A DNA stretch of 55,344 bases from an uncultured Mycoplasmatota bacterium (GTDB taxonomy: Bacteria > Bacillota_I > Bacilli_A > RF39 > UBA660), in the NCBI GenBank assembly GCA_946500695.1, contig CAMMWS010000004.1:1-55344 (forward strand), in the 5' to 3' direction. The notes under the pieces were generated by a model. It saw only the letters and a program-made list of their open reading frames with translations, was not told where the DNA came from and did not search any database. Below are positions 39,107 through 47,822 of the stretch, one piece after another. Numbering within the stretch: the stretch's first letter is position 1; every line of letters begins with the position of its first letter. The position numbers and the translations under genes were made by a program.

Positions 39107-39886
39107 ATGGAAATAGTATTAGTTGCTGTTATTATTTTAGGTATTTTAATTTATAATAGGACAATAGATAAGGATAAATTTATTAATGATAATAAAAGAT
39201 ATTTTGAAATATTAAGAGAAGATGATTATGATTTTTTAGTTTATGCTAGATATGGTGATACGGTATCTCCTAATGTATTGTTCCAAAAAAGAATAGCTTA
39301 TGCTATTGTAGTTTTCTTTGTATTCATGTTTTTGTTTATAGATGACGTTAGTTTGATAAATGTAATACTTGCTTGCCTTGTAGCTGTGTTTGTATTTAAA
39401 ATGCCATATATGCAATTAAAAAAATATTATAAAGCTCATTTGCATCAAATTGATATAATGTTGCCATACTATTTAAAGAGTTTGGAAATATTAATTCAAC
39501 ATTATACTGTTCCTGTGGCGATAGGTAAAAGTATTAATGATGCTCCTGATATTTTTAAACCAGGTCTTAGAGAAATGATTGAAAAAATTAATTCAGGAGA
39601 TTCTAGTATTACACCTTATATGGATTTTGCTAATACTTATCCTGTAAGAGATTCAATGAGAATGATGAGACTTTTATATCGTCTTGGTCTTGGTGGTCAA
39701 GAGAAGAAGCAGGAAAGACTTTTGATGTTTTCTCGTACAGTCTCTAATTTGCAGGCAAAAGCTAGGGAAACTAAATATAAAGAGAGACTTGATCATATGG
39801 GAAATCAAACCATGATTATGCTTGTTGTTACAGGTGTTAGTGTTATGATTGTAATATTAGCGTCTATGTTGACAATGATTGCATAA
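39107..39886 (+). CDS. TadC-like platform protein
   Basis: TM pair, MPY..LK, LPYYLK.L.IL.Q..TV..AI, C-terminal TM. Confidence 0.7.
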   Translation: MEIVLVAVIILGILIYNRTIDKDKFINDNKRYFEILREDDYDFLVYARYGDTVSPNVLFQKRIAYAIVVFFVFMFLFIDDVSLINVILACLVAVFVFKMPYMQLKKYYKAHLHQIDIMLPYYLKSLEILIQHYTVPVAIGKSINDAPDIFKPGLREMIEKINSGDSSITPYMDFANTYPVRDSMRMMRLLYRLGLGGQEKKQERLLMFSRTVSNLQAKARETKYKERLDHMGNQTMIMLVVTGVSVMIVILASMLTMIA

Positions 39887-39958
39887 AAAAAAAGTTACAA
39901 AACGATAATTATTTGATATAATTATTTTGTAAGATTTAGGAAAGGAGTGAATGCTACT

Positions 39959-40117
39959 GTGAAAGAAGCGACTGGAGAGTTAAACATGACTGTAGTTACC
40001 ATTGTTTTGATTGGTGTTATTGCGGCTTTCTTTGCAATTTTCTGGCCTAATGTTATTCAACCTGCTATTGAAAATAGTTGGGAAAGCAATGTTGGTACTA
40101 TTGACAATATAAATTAA
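39959..40117 (+). CDS. Small Flp-like pilin candidate, 52 aa
   Basis: Not in the ORF track. MKEATGELNMTVVTIVLIGVIAAFFAIFWPNVIQPAIENSWESNVGTIDNIN; AAAGGAG RBS, GTG start, own extended -10 (TGaTATAAT, 39914-39922). Confidence 0.7.
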   Translation: MKEATGELNMTVVTIVLIGVIAAFFAIFWPNVIQPAIENSWESNVGTIDNIN

Positions 40118-40142
40118 TATTAGTTTGAGGATGTGATTAATA

Positions 40143-40595
40143 ATGAGAGATGCGATAGGTCAAGTATTTGCTTTACAAGTTATTTTAGCTTTTGTTTTAT
40201 TGATTAATGGTTATATGGCGTATTCTGTTAATTATACTAGAGCATTTCGAGTTAAGAATCAGATTGTTAATATTATTGAACAGTATGAGGGACCTTATAA
40301 TGATGAAGCAATTGCTAAGATTAATGTTATTATTGATCAGATGACTTATGAGGTTCCTCCACGCCTTACACAGGACTTCTTAGATGATTATGCTGATGAG
40401 GATGAAAAAAGTTGTCAAAATGGATGGTGTTATGTAGCGCATGATGTTTCTATTGATGATGCTGATGGTGAGAGAACTGGTAAGTATTATTCAGTAGTTA
40501 CTTTTGTCAATATTAACATTCCTGTAATTAATAATATAGTTGGCTTAGGAGATTTCTTAAGAGTTGTAGGTGAAACTAGAACTATTTATGATTAG
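40143..40595 (+). CDS. TadE-like pseudopilin
   Basis: MRDAIG plus hydrophobic helix, then an amphipathic helix; C-terminal V.T....NIP.I pattern. Confidence 0.55.
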   Translation: MRDAIGQVFALQVILAFVLLINGYMAYSVNYTRAFRVKNQIVNIIEQYEGPYNDEAIAKINVIIDQMTYEVPPRLTQDFLDDYADEDEKSCQNGWCYVAHDVSIDDADGERTGKYYSVVTFVNINIPVINNIVGLGDFLRVVGETRTIYD

Positions 40596-40612
40596 AAAAA
40601 GGAAGTGATAAA

Positions 40613-41593
40613 GTGAACGTTATTGTTGCTAATGAAGCAAAAGCGATGCTATCTACTTTAGATATAGATGTTATTAAAAGTGTAGACGGTGTGCATACAG
40701 CTGATGAAATTGTTGATATGTTCAAAAACTTCTTTTATGCAAGAATGATTTTAGATGTAACAGCAATTAAAGACTATGAGGATATTACTAATATTCAAAA
40801 AATATCTATTGGTCTTGATGCGGATAAAATCATTCTTTTACTTCCTAATAATGAAGCCTCTACTTCTAGTAGTTATTTATCGAAGATTATATCTATGGGT
40901 ATTTATAACTTTACAACTACTGTAGATGGGATTAAATACTTTTTAGATCATCCTAATACTTATAAAGATGTTGCTCATATTCAGCAACTTAATGATTTGT
41001 CTAGTACTATTAATGATAAAGTAGTAGCTGGTTCTAGGATAATAGGTATTAAGAATGTTACTGATCATGCCGGAAGTACTACTTTAATATATATGTTGAA
41101 AAAAGAATTGGAGCAGACTTATGGTATGAGTGTTGTGGCTATTGAAGTTAATCGACATGATTTTCTATATTTTAATAGTCATAATATGATTTCTGTTGAT
41201 GATGAACATTTGATGACAGAGATTGTTAAACATAAGGATGTTGCAATAATTTTAATAGATTTAAATGACTCTAGTAATGAAGGTGCATGTAATGATGTTT
41301 TATATTTGATTGAGCCTTCAAGTATTAGATTAAATAAATTAATGAGGAGAGATAGGCGAATATTTGAAGAATTAAAGGGGAGAAAAATAGTTCTTAATAT
41401 GAGTTTGCTTTCTAATAGTGATATTATGGATTTTGAATATGAAGGAAAAACGAAAGTTTTTTATAATATACCACCACTTAATGATAGAGTAAAAAATCCT
41501 GTGCTTAGTGATTTTTTATCTAAAATAGGTCTTATTAATAAACCTAAAGAAAAAGAAGACGGTGGAAAAATATTTGGACTATTTAAAAGATAA
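40613..41593 (+). CDS. TadZ/CpaE-like localisation protein (degenerate receiver + MinD-like P-loop)
   Basis: Receiver-like N-terminus, IIGIKNVT.HAGSTT, IILIDL, C-terminal amphipathic KIFGLFKR. Confidence 0.6.
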   Translation: MNVIVANEAKAMLSTLDIDVIKSVDGVHTADEIVDMFKNFFYARMILDVTAIKDYEDITNIQKISIGLDADKIILLLPNNEASTSSSYLSKIISMGIYNFTTTVDGIKYFLDHPNTYKDVAHIQQLNDLSSTINDKVVAGSRIIGIKNVTDHAGSTTLIYMLKKELEQTYGMSVVAIEVNRHDFLYFNSHNMISVDDEHLMTEIVKHKDVAIILIDLNDSSNEGACNDVLYLIEPSSIRLNKLMRRDRRIFEELKGRKIVLNMSLLSNSDIMDFEYEGKTKVFYNIPPLNDRVKNPVLSDFLSKIGLINKPKEKEDGGKIFGLFKR

Positions 41594-41596
41594 TAA

Positions 41597-41625
41597 TTGA
41601 CAAATTTTAATAATTTATATATTAT
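41597..41625 (+). promoter_or_regulatory. Sigma-A promoter of the pilin array
   Basis: TTGACA-17-TATTAT. Confidence 0.65.
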
Positions 41626-41648
41626 TATTGTAGTAAAGGAGAATGATT

Positions 41649-42020
41649 ATGAGTGGTTTAAATTTAATGAGTTTAGTACAGGTTTTGGACTCTACTGTTA
41701 ATACTGAAGGCCCTTGTCGTGGATTTGGCTTTGTAGTTAGGATTATTAAGAATGGATTATTTCCTATTTTACAAATAGGTATTCCTATTATTTTAATAGT
41801 TCTTGGAACTTTAGATTTGGCGAAAGCGGTTATATCTTCTGATGATAAGGCTGTTAAAGAAGCACAATCTAAATTAATTAAGAGATGTATATATGCAATA
41901 TTAGTGTTCTTTATTGTTACACTTATCAATTTGTTATTTACAATGGTAGGAAATATTGCAGGTGATTCTGCACCTGGATTACAAGATTGGAGTCAATGCT
42001 GGAGTAATCCTACTGATTAA
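41649..42020 (+). CDS. VirB2/TrbC-like T4SS pilin 1
   Basis: Two hydrophobic helices joined by the charged loop DLAKAVISSDDKAVKEAQSKLIKR. Confidence 0.75.
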   Translation: MSGLNLMSLVQVLDSTVNTEGPCRGFGFVVRIIKNGLFPILQIGIPIILIVLGTLDLAKAVISSDDKAVKEAQSKLIKRCIYAILVFFIVTLINLLFTMVGNIAGDSAPGLQDWSQCWSNPTD

Positions 42021-42075
42021 TAGTTATAATAAATAGCAATTAAATTGCTATTTATTTACTATAAGAAAGGTTTAT

Positions 42076-42429
42076 ATGACTTATTTTCAAATATTAGATG
42101 AAGTTGTTATTAACGTTGAAAGTAATTGCTATGGCTTTGATTTTATAATTAGAGTTATCAAAGAAGGAATATTTCCTATATTACAAATAGCAATTCCTAT
42201 TATTTTATTAGTACTTTGTACTTTTGATTTAGGTAAAGCAGTCATAAATAGTGATGATAAAGAAAATAAGAAAATAATTAAGAGATTAATAAGAAGACTT
42301 GTTTATGCAATTTTAATATTCTTTTTTATTACAATTATTAACTTGATATTTACTATGATTGGTGATATTACAGAGAATGAGGATTTAATGCGATGGAGTC
42401 AGTGTTGGAATAATCCTGCAGATGAATAG
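42076..42429 (+). CDS. VirB2/TrbC-like T4SS pilin 2
   Basis: Clear paralogue of pilin 1 (FPILQI.IPIIL.VL.T.DL.KAVI.SDDK; WSQCW.NP). Confidence 0.75.
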   Translation: MTYFQILDEVVINVESNCYGFDFIIRVIKEGIFPILQIAIPIILLVLCTFDLGKAVINSDDKENKKIIKRLIRRLVYAILIFFFITIINLIFTMIGDITENEDLMRWSQCWNNPADE

Positions 42430-42510
42430 AATAGCTTTAACAAAATAGCAATTGTGATTGCTATTTTTTATTGAATTTGATATATTTATATTATGTTAGA
42501 GGTGCTTAAT

Positions 42511-43632
42511 ATGAAGAAATCTTATTTTTTATTGTTTTTATTTGTATTTGCAATTTTTTTAATTTGTCCTCAAGAAGTAGAGGCAAAGACAGAGTGCGAA
42601 TATGTTTTAGAGTATGAAGCGACAGATTCCGTAACAGGAGAGGACGTTGTTTTACCATATACTTTTATTTTGGAAACTGAGGATGATGATAGTAAGCTTA
42701 CTAAAGTAACACTTTTAAAACAAAGTCTTGCACCAGTTGATGTAAAATTCGCTAATGGTAAAGGGCTTGATTTGAATGATGATGGAACTTGTCCTAACAT
42801 TGTTGTTTATGATCAAGCGGTAATGGGTGGATATAAAATATATAAAACTATGAAGACATGTCGGGATGGATTATTTACTCTTAATGATAGATGTTATGAA
42901 TTGACTGGAAGATTTAGGGATACTAGTTCTTCAGCATCTGATCAGACTGGAACCGGTAGTCAATATAGAGCGTCATTGTCAGATTCTAGTGATGATAGTT
43001 GTAGTTATATACATACATTTGAAGGATTTAATGGTAATGTTATTACTAATACTATAACAGTTGATAAAAAAGGAGATAATGATGCAGATGGTAGTTGTGA
43101 CATTTATCTTGCTACTTCATGTAGACTTACTGTAGATGTTCCTGGTGATTTTTATGATAGTAATAACCAATTTTTTTGTCCAGCATATATTTATATAACT
43201 AGTGATGCAGGCGGAAGAGATGCTTCTGATTATAGATTAACATTATATGATACGGGTACTGAAAGTGATGAGGATAGATCTGGGCCGCAGAATGAGGAAG
43301 AAAACTGGCAAGAGTTAGGTGATCAGGTTACGCTTGATGATTTTAATACTACTATATATTGTGAAGATATATTTGGTCAGGAAGAAGGAGAACTTGGTTG
43401 GTTACTTAATTTGATTTTAGGGTATATTAGAGTAATTGGTCCTATTCTAGTAGTATTATTAAGTGCTATAGATTTTATAAAAGCAGTTGTTGGTACTGAT
43501 GAGAAAGCTATGAAAGAGGCTCAATCTAAATTAGTAATTAGATTAATCTGTGCAGTAGGTTTATTCCTTGTACCTACGTTAGTTCAAGTATTATTATCAT
43601 TTATTAATCAAACAGCTTGTTCATTATCATAG
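42511..43632 (+). CDS. Signal peptide + variable Cys-containing domain + C-terminal VirB2-like pilin (copy A)
   Basis: MKKSYF signal; C-terminus IGPILVVLLSAIDFIKAVVGTDEKAMKEAQSKLVIR. Confidence 0.75.
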   Translation: MKKSYFLLFLFVFAIFLICPQEVEAKTECEYVLEYEATDSVTGEDVVLPYTFILETEDDDSKLTKVTLLKQSLAPVDVKFANGKGLDLNDDGTCPNIVVYDQAVMGGYKIYKTMKTCRDGLFTLNDRCYELTGRFRDTSSSASDQTGTGSQYRASLSDSSDDSCSYIHTFEGFNGNVITNTITVDKKGDNDADGSCDIYLATSCRLTVDVPGDFYDSNNQFFCPAYIYITSDAGGRDASDYRLTLYDTGTESDEDRSGPQNEEENWQELGDQVTLDDFNTTIYCEDIFGQEEGELGWLLNLILGYIRVIGPILVVLLSAIDFIKAVVGTDEKAMKEAQSKLVIRLICAVGLFLVPTLVQVLLSFINQTACSLS

Positions 43633-43729
43633 AGAAAAATATATATTATTAAATGTAAATATAATAGCAATAGCAATTGCTATTTTTTTTTTAAAATGAT
43701 ATACTTGTACTATGATGGGAGTGCTTAAT

Positions 43730-44860
43730 ATGAAAAAGTCTTATTTTTTGATTTTTGTATTTGTTATCATATTTATTTGTATCCCAAAAAATGTAATGGC
43801 TAAGGAAGAAGTAGGTACTTGTGTTTATAGTCTTGATACTGATACATTGTTGATGGATTTGGTAAGTGAATTAAATTTATCTGTAACTATCTATGATGAT
43901 AAGAGTACAGGAGATAGAGAATTTACTGGTACTACTGCTGATGGAGACAGCTTTTACAGTCCGCTTCCTGTTAAACATAATAGAGGAGAAGTTTATTATT
44001 TATTAGAAGATTTGCAGCAAATTGAAATGCTTTATTCAGATGATTTATTTAAGAAGAATGGGGAATTCTATAAAGCATATGAAGAAGCTGGTGACTGTCC
44101 AACTATGCAATTTATATATGATTATAATACTAAGGAATTGTATATTTATGAAGGTAATTCTCAAGCATCATGGTCTGGAGCGGCTTCTATTAATGTAGAT
44201 ACTCATTTGCCTGGTAGTAATGCTACTACATATTGTACACTTCAAGCTGAGTTGGATAATGTTCCTAATAATCCGGTAATATTTACTACTATGGTAACTA
44301 ATAATGGCACTAAACAATATCGTATTGAAATGAATGAAGGTTCATATGTGGCTAATCAAGATGATCCGGCTATAGTTGGTAATTATGTTTTCAGAGTAAG
44401 AGAAGCTGATTGGGAGATATATTGGAGTGAAGACTGTAATCCTGAAACCACGCCTATGGTTTTGAGTGCTAATGAATACCATGATTATTCTAATACTATA
44501 ATAATTGAGACTACATATGATTGGATCGATAGAGAATGGGAAGAGATGGGTGAAGAGGTTGGTCTTGAAGATTTTAATAAGTCTATAAGTTGTGAAGATA
44601 TATTTGGTCAAGAGGAAGGTTCTCTTGGTTGGCTACTTAATACAATATTAGGATATATTAAAGTAATTGGTCCTATTTTAGTAGTTTTATTAAGTGCTAT
44701 AGATTTTATAAAAGCAGTTGTTGGTACTGATGAAAAAGCTATGAAAGAAGCCCAATCTAAATTAGTAATTAGATTAGTCTGTGCAGTAGGTTTATTCCTT
44801 GTACCTACGTTAATTCAAGTATTATTATCATTTATTAATCAGACGGTATGTGCACTATAA
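43730..44860 (+). CDS. Signal peptide + variable domain + C-terminal VirB2-like pilin (copy B)
   Basis: Same N- and C-termini as copy A with a different middle. Confidence 0.75.
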   Translation: MKKSYFLIFVFVIIFICIPKNVMAKEEVGTCVYSLDTDTLLMDLVSELNLSVTIYDDKSTGDREFTGTTADGDSFYSPLPVKHNRGEVYYLLEDLQQIEMLYSDDLFKKNGEFYKAYEEAGDCPTMQFIYDYNTKELYIYEGNSQASWSGAASINVDTHLPGSNATTYCTLQAELDNVPNNPVIFTTMVTNNGTKQYRIEMNEGSYVANQDDPAIVGNYVFRVREADWEIYWSEDCNPETTPMVLSANEYHDYSNTIIIETTYDWIDREWEEMGEEVGLEDFNKSISCEDIFGQEEGSLGWLLNTILGYIKVIGPILVVLLSAIDFIKAVVGTDEKAMKEAQSKLVIRLVCAVGLFLVPTLIQVLLSFINQTVCAL

Positions 44861-44896
44861 TATAAAAGTATAATATATAGAAGGAAGTGATAGGGT

Positions 44897-46951
44897 GTGA
44901 ATTTTTTTCAAGATGTAGGTTTTTTAAGTGATGCTCTTAGATTTATTTTTTGTGGGTTAGATAATTTAGGCTATTTCTTACTAGATGCTGTTTATGATAT
45001 ATTTTTCACGGTATCTAATGCTAATATTTTTCAGGGGACTGCAATTAATACATTCTATTCTAGAATACAACTCATTTTAGGTGTCTTTATGATATTTATG
45101 CTTTCTATAGCATTTTTACAAATGATTGTTAATCCTGATTTGGCTAAGGATAAACAAAAGGGTGCTGGTTCTTTAGTTAAGAGAATTGCGGTTTCTCTTG
45201 TTTTATTAACTTTAATTGTTCCTGTAACAATTGAAAATACTAATGGTAATCCATTGAATGAACAAATAAATAGTAATGGTATTTTATTTGGTTTTTTATA
45301 TCAAATTCAAAATACTGTTATTCAAGATAACGTTTTAGGTAAGTTGGTTTTAGGTTCAAATAGTGAAGCGAGTAATGGTACAGAACTTAGTAATATAGCA
45401 GATGTTGGCTCACAAATGGCGGCGACAGTAGCTAAAGCTTTTATTAGGCCTGCTTTAGGTGATGTTGATGAGGATTCTGTAACTGATAATGATACATATG
45501 AAACTAATGTAGCTTGTCCAGATCAAGCAGCTCCATATTTTAATAGTAGAGTTACAGCTGGTTCACTTGTTAATCATGTTAATGATACTTGTGATTATAA
45601 TGGTAATGAAATTTATGTTTTTGATTATGCCATTTTAGGTGGTTTGCTTTGTTCTATTATTATGGTATTAATTATTTTAGGATTTACTATTGATGTTGCT
45701 GTTAGAGCGGTTAAACTTGCTATTTTGAGACTTATTGCACCTATCCCTATTATTTCTTATATAAGTCCAGGACAAGAAAAAGATGGTGCTTTCAATAATT
45801 GGGTAAAAACTTTAACATCTACTTATATTAGTCTTTTTGTTAGATTAATAATTATTTATTTCGGAATTTATTTGATTATTATATTAACTGATTCTAATAA
45901 TGATTTTTCATTATTACAAAGTAGTACAAGTGTATTTACATCATTCTTTGCAACAATCTTTATTATCATTGGTATCTTAATGTTTATGAAAGAAGCTCCT
46001 AAGTTTTTCCAAGATATGTTAGGGCTTAAAGGCGATGGTAAGTTATTTAGTGGAGTTGGAACTATTTTAGGTGCTGCTGCTTTAACGGGAGGGCTTGCTG
46101 GTTCTGTTGCTACTGGTGTTCGAGCTGGTTGGGCAGAAGGTGCTGAGCTTAGAGACAAGGCCCAAGGAAGGTTTGGAAAGCTAGGTAGAATAGGTGGGGG
46201 TATACTGACAGGTGCTGGTGCAGGTTTATCAGGCTTAACTAGTGGTATAGGTGGTGCTTTTGTTGGTACTAAAGCTCTTGCTACTTCTGATAAGAAAGTA
46301 CCTAGTTCAGTAATCTCTGCTATGCAAAAGCGAAATGCAATGAGAGCTTCTCATTCAACTTTGCCAGGTCGTATTTCTAGTAGTGCAGCTGATATGTTTA
46401 CAGGTTTATCTTTGGCAGAAAGAGATCAGCAACTTTTGGACTTGAATAAAGAAGCAGCTAGTCAAGCTAAAACTTTAAAAGGACTTGAAGAAGAAGAGGC
46501 ATTGAAGTTCGGTGATTATGGTGAAATTACTTTGAGAGATGGTACTGTTGGTCAATTTAACTATAGTGATTTATCAGCAGCAATGCAAAGTAAGGATACA
46601 AATGGTGACTTTACGTATAATGGTAGAGATTATAATGTAAGTTTGTTTGGTAATAATGAGATGGAAGCTATTAAGAAAGCACAAACTATTAGATATACTC
46701 AAGGTCATGTTGCAGCTGGTGTTCAGGATGGAGATAGATATGTAAATAATGGTAAAATTAGATCTCAAAAAAGGCAAACAGATTATGCTTTCAGGCAAGC
46801 TGGTGGAAAAGCTGCAGAAACTTATGGCAATGGTGACTACAATAATCTTGGAAAAGCGATTGGTGCTGCTAACGAAATCGTTACTGATATGAGTACTAAT
46901 ATGAAAAATGTTAAACATCGTGCTAACCATAATGCTAATAAGAATAAATAA
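44897..46951 (+). CDS. VirB6/TrbL-like polytopic channel protein
   Basis: Multiple TMs, R..KLAIL.LIAPIPIISYI.P, F..W.K, Gly/Ala-rich tail. Confidence 0.8.
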   Translation: MNFFQDVGFLSDALRFIFCGLDNLGYFLLDAVYDIFFTVSNANIFQGTAINTFYSRIQLILGVFMIFMLSIAFLQMIVNPDLAKDKQKGAGSLVKRIAVSLVLLTLIVPVTIENTNGNPLNEQINSNGILFGFLYQIQNTVIQDNVLGKLVLGSNSEASNGTELSNIADVGSQMAATVAKAFIRPALGDVDEDSVTDNDTYETNVACPDQAAPYFNSRVTAGSLVNHVNDTCDYNGNEIYVFDYAILGGLLCSIIMVLIILGFTIDVAVRAVKLAILRLIAPIPIISYISPGQEKDGAFNNWVKTLTSTYISLFVRLIIIYFGIYLIIILTDSNNDFSLLQSSTSVFTSFFATIFIIIGILMFMKEAPKFFQDMLGLKGDGKLFSGVGTILGAAALTGGLAGSVATGVRAGWAEGAELRDKAQGRFGKLGRIGGGILTGAGAGLSGLTSGIGGAFVGTKALATSDKKVPSSVISAMQKRNAMRASHSTLPGRISSSAADMFTGLSLAERDQQLLDLNKEAASQAKTLKGLEEEEALKFGDYGEITLRDGTVGQFNYSDLSAAMQSKDTNGDFTYNGRDYNVSLFGNNEMEAIKKAQTIRYTQGHVAAGVQDGDRYVNNGKIRSQKRQTDYAFRQAGGKAAETYGNGDYNNLGKAIGAANEIVTDMSTNMKNVKHRANHNANKNK

Positions 46952-46966
46952 GGAGTGTGATAATAG

Positions 46967-47293
46967 ATGGATAATTATTTAATACCTGCTAATACGAAGA
47001 GAGGTACATTAATACTTGGTTTGTTTAAGCCTTTTGATTTGATACTTCTTGGTACTGGTGTTCTTATTTCTTTGGTACTTTTGATGACATTTCCAATGGC
47101 TTCTACTTGGCAAGTGGTTCTTGTTCTTATTCCTGGGTTAACATGTGCTTTTCTTGTTATTCCTATACCTAATTATCATAATATTTTAACTATAATTATA
47201 GAATGTTATACTTTCTTTACTAATAGAAGAAGGTTTATATGGAAAGGTTGGTGTGTTAAAGATGTCAAAGACGTCCAAAAAAGGAGCAATTAG
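46967..47293 (+). CDS. PrgI/VirB3-like small membrane protein
   Basis: YLIP.N, two TMs, upstream of VirB4. Confidence 0.65.
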   Translation: MDNYLIPANTKRGTLILGLFKPFDLILLGTGVLISLVLLMTFPMASTWQVVLVLIPGLTCAFLVIPIPNYHNILTIIIECYTFFTNRRRFIWKGWCVKDVKDVQKRSN

Positions 47294-47822
47294 TCAATAT
47301 ACTGAAGATTGGTTACCAATATCTAGTATTCAGAATGGATTTATTATTTGTGATAATAAACAGAAAGTAACAGGTGTAAAAATTACACCCCGTAATATAT
47401 TTATTCTTGATCAACAAGAACAAGATAATGTTTTGATTGGTCTTAAGAATTTCTATAATATGATTGATTTTGAGTTTTGGTTAGTTGTTGCTGATAGGCC
47501 TGTTGATATTTCTGTCTATATGTCACAGTTGCAACTTTTGTATAATGAAGCGACTTCTCCTGCTATTCGTAAACTTATTTTACAAGATATAGATAAAGGT
47601 AATATGTTTATGAATAATAATATCGTTGATACTGAATATTTCATTTTATTTAAAGATAGTAATGAAGATCTTTTACAAAAAAGAATTAGGCTTCTTATTA
47701 ATGGTCTTGCTGGTTGTGGCTTAAATGCTTCACAAGTTAGTAATGATGATTTAAGAATAATTATGGAAAACTTCTTAAATGGAGGAGTTTCTACTGAGTT
47801 TGGGACGGTGATGCCTGTATGA
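47262..47822 (+). CDS. Conjugation-system accessory protein upstream of VirB4
   Basis: WLPI..I.NG, GVKI.P.NI.....EQ pattern seen in Gram-positive T4SS genes between prgI and virB4. Confidence 0.55.
   Translation: MSKTSKKGAISQYTEDWLPISSIQNGFIICDNKQKVTGVKITPRNIFILDQQEQDNVLIGLKNFYNMIDFEFWLVVADRPVDISVYMSQLQLLYNEATSPAIRKLILQDIDKGNMFMNNNIVDTEYFILFKDSNEDLLQKRIRLLINGLAGCGLNASQVSNDDLRIIMENFLNGGVSTEFGTVMPV

Larger units (their letters stand above)
42028..43684. repeat. Three copies of palindrome AATAGCAAT-N3/4-ATTGCTATT between pilin genes
   Basis: Copies at 42028-42056, 42442-42467 and 43663-43684, each followed by a T-rich tract. Confidence 0.88.

Noticed and set aside
42028-43684. Palindromes as integron attC sites
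   Set aside because: No RYYYAAC/GTTRRRY cores, too short, and no IntI-type integrase in the window.
43360-44860. Near-identical pilin 3' ends as a DGR template/variable repeat pair
   Set aside because: Differences go in both directions, include C/T changes and are mostly synonymous; no reverse transcriptase is seen.
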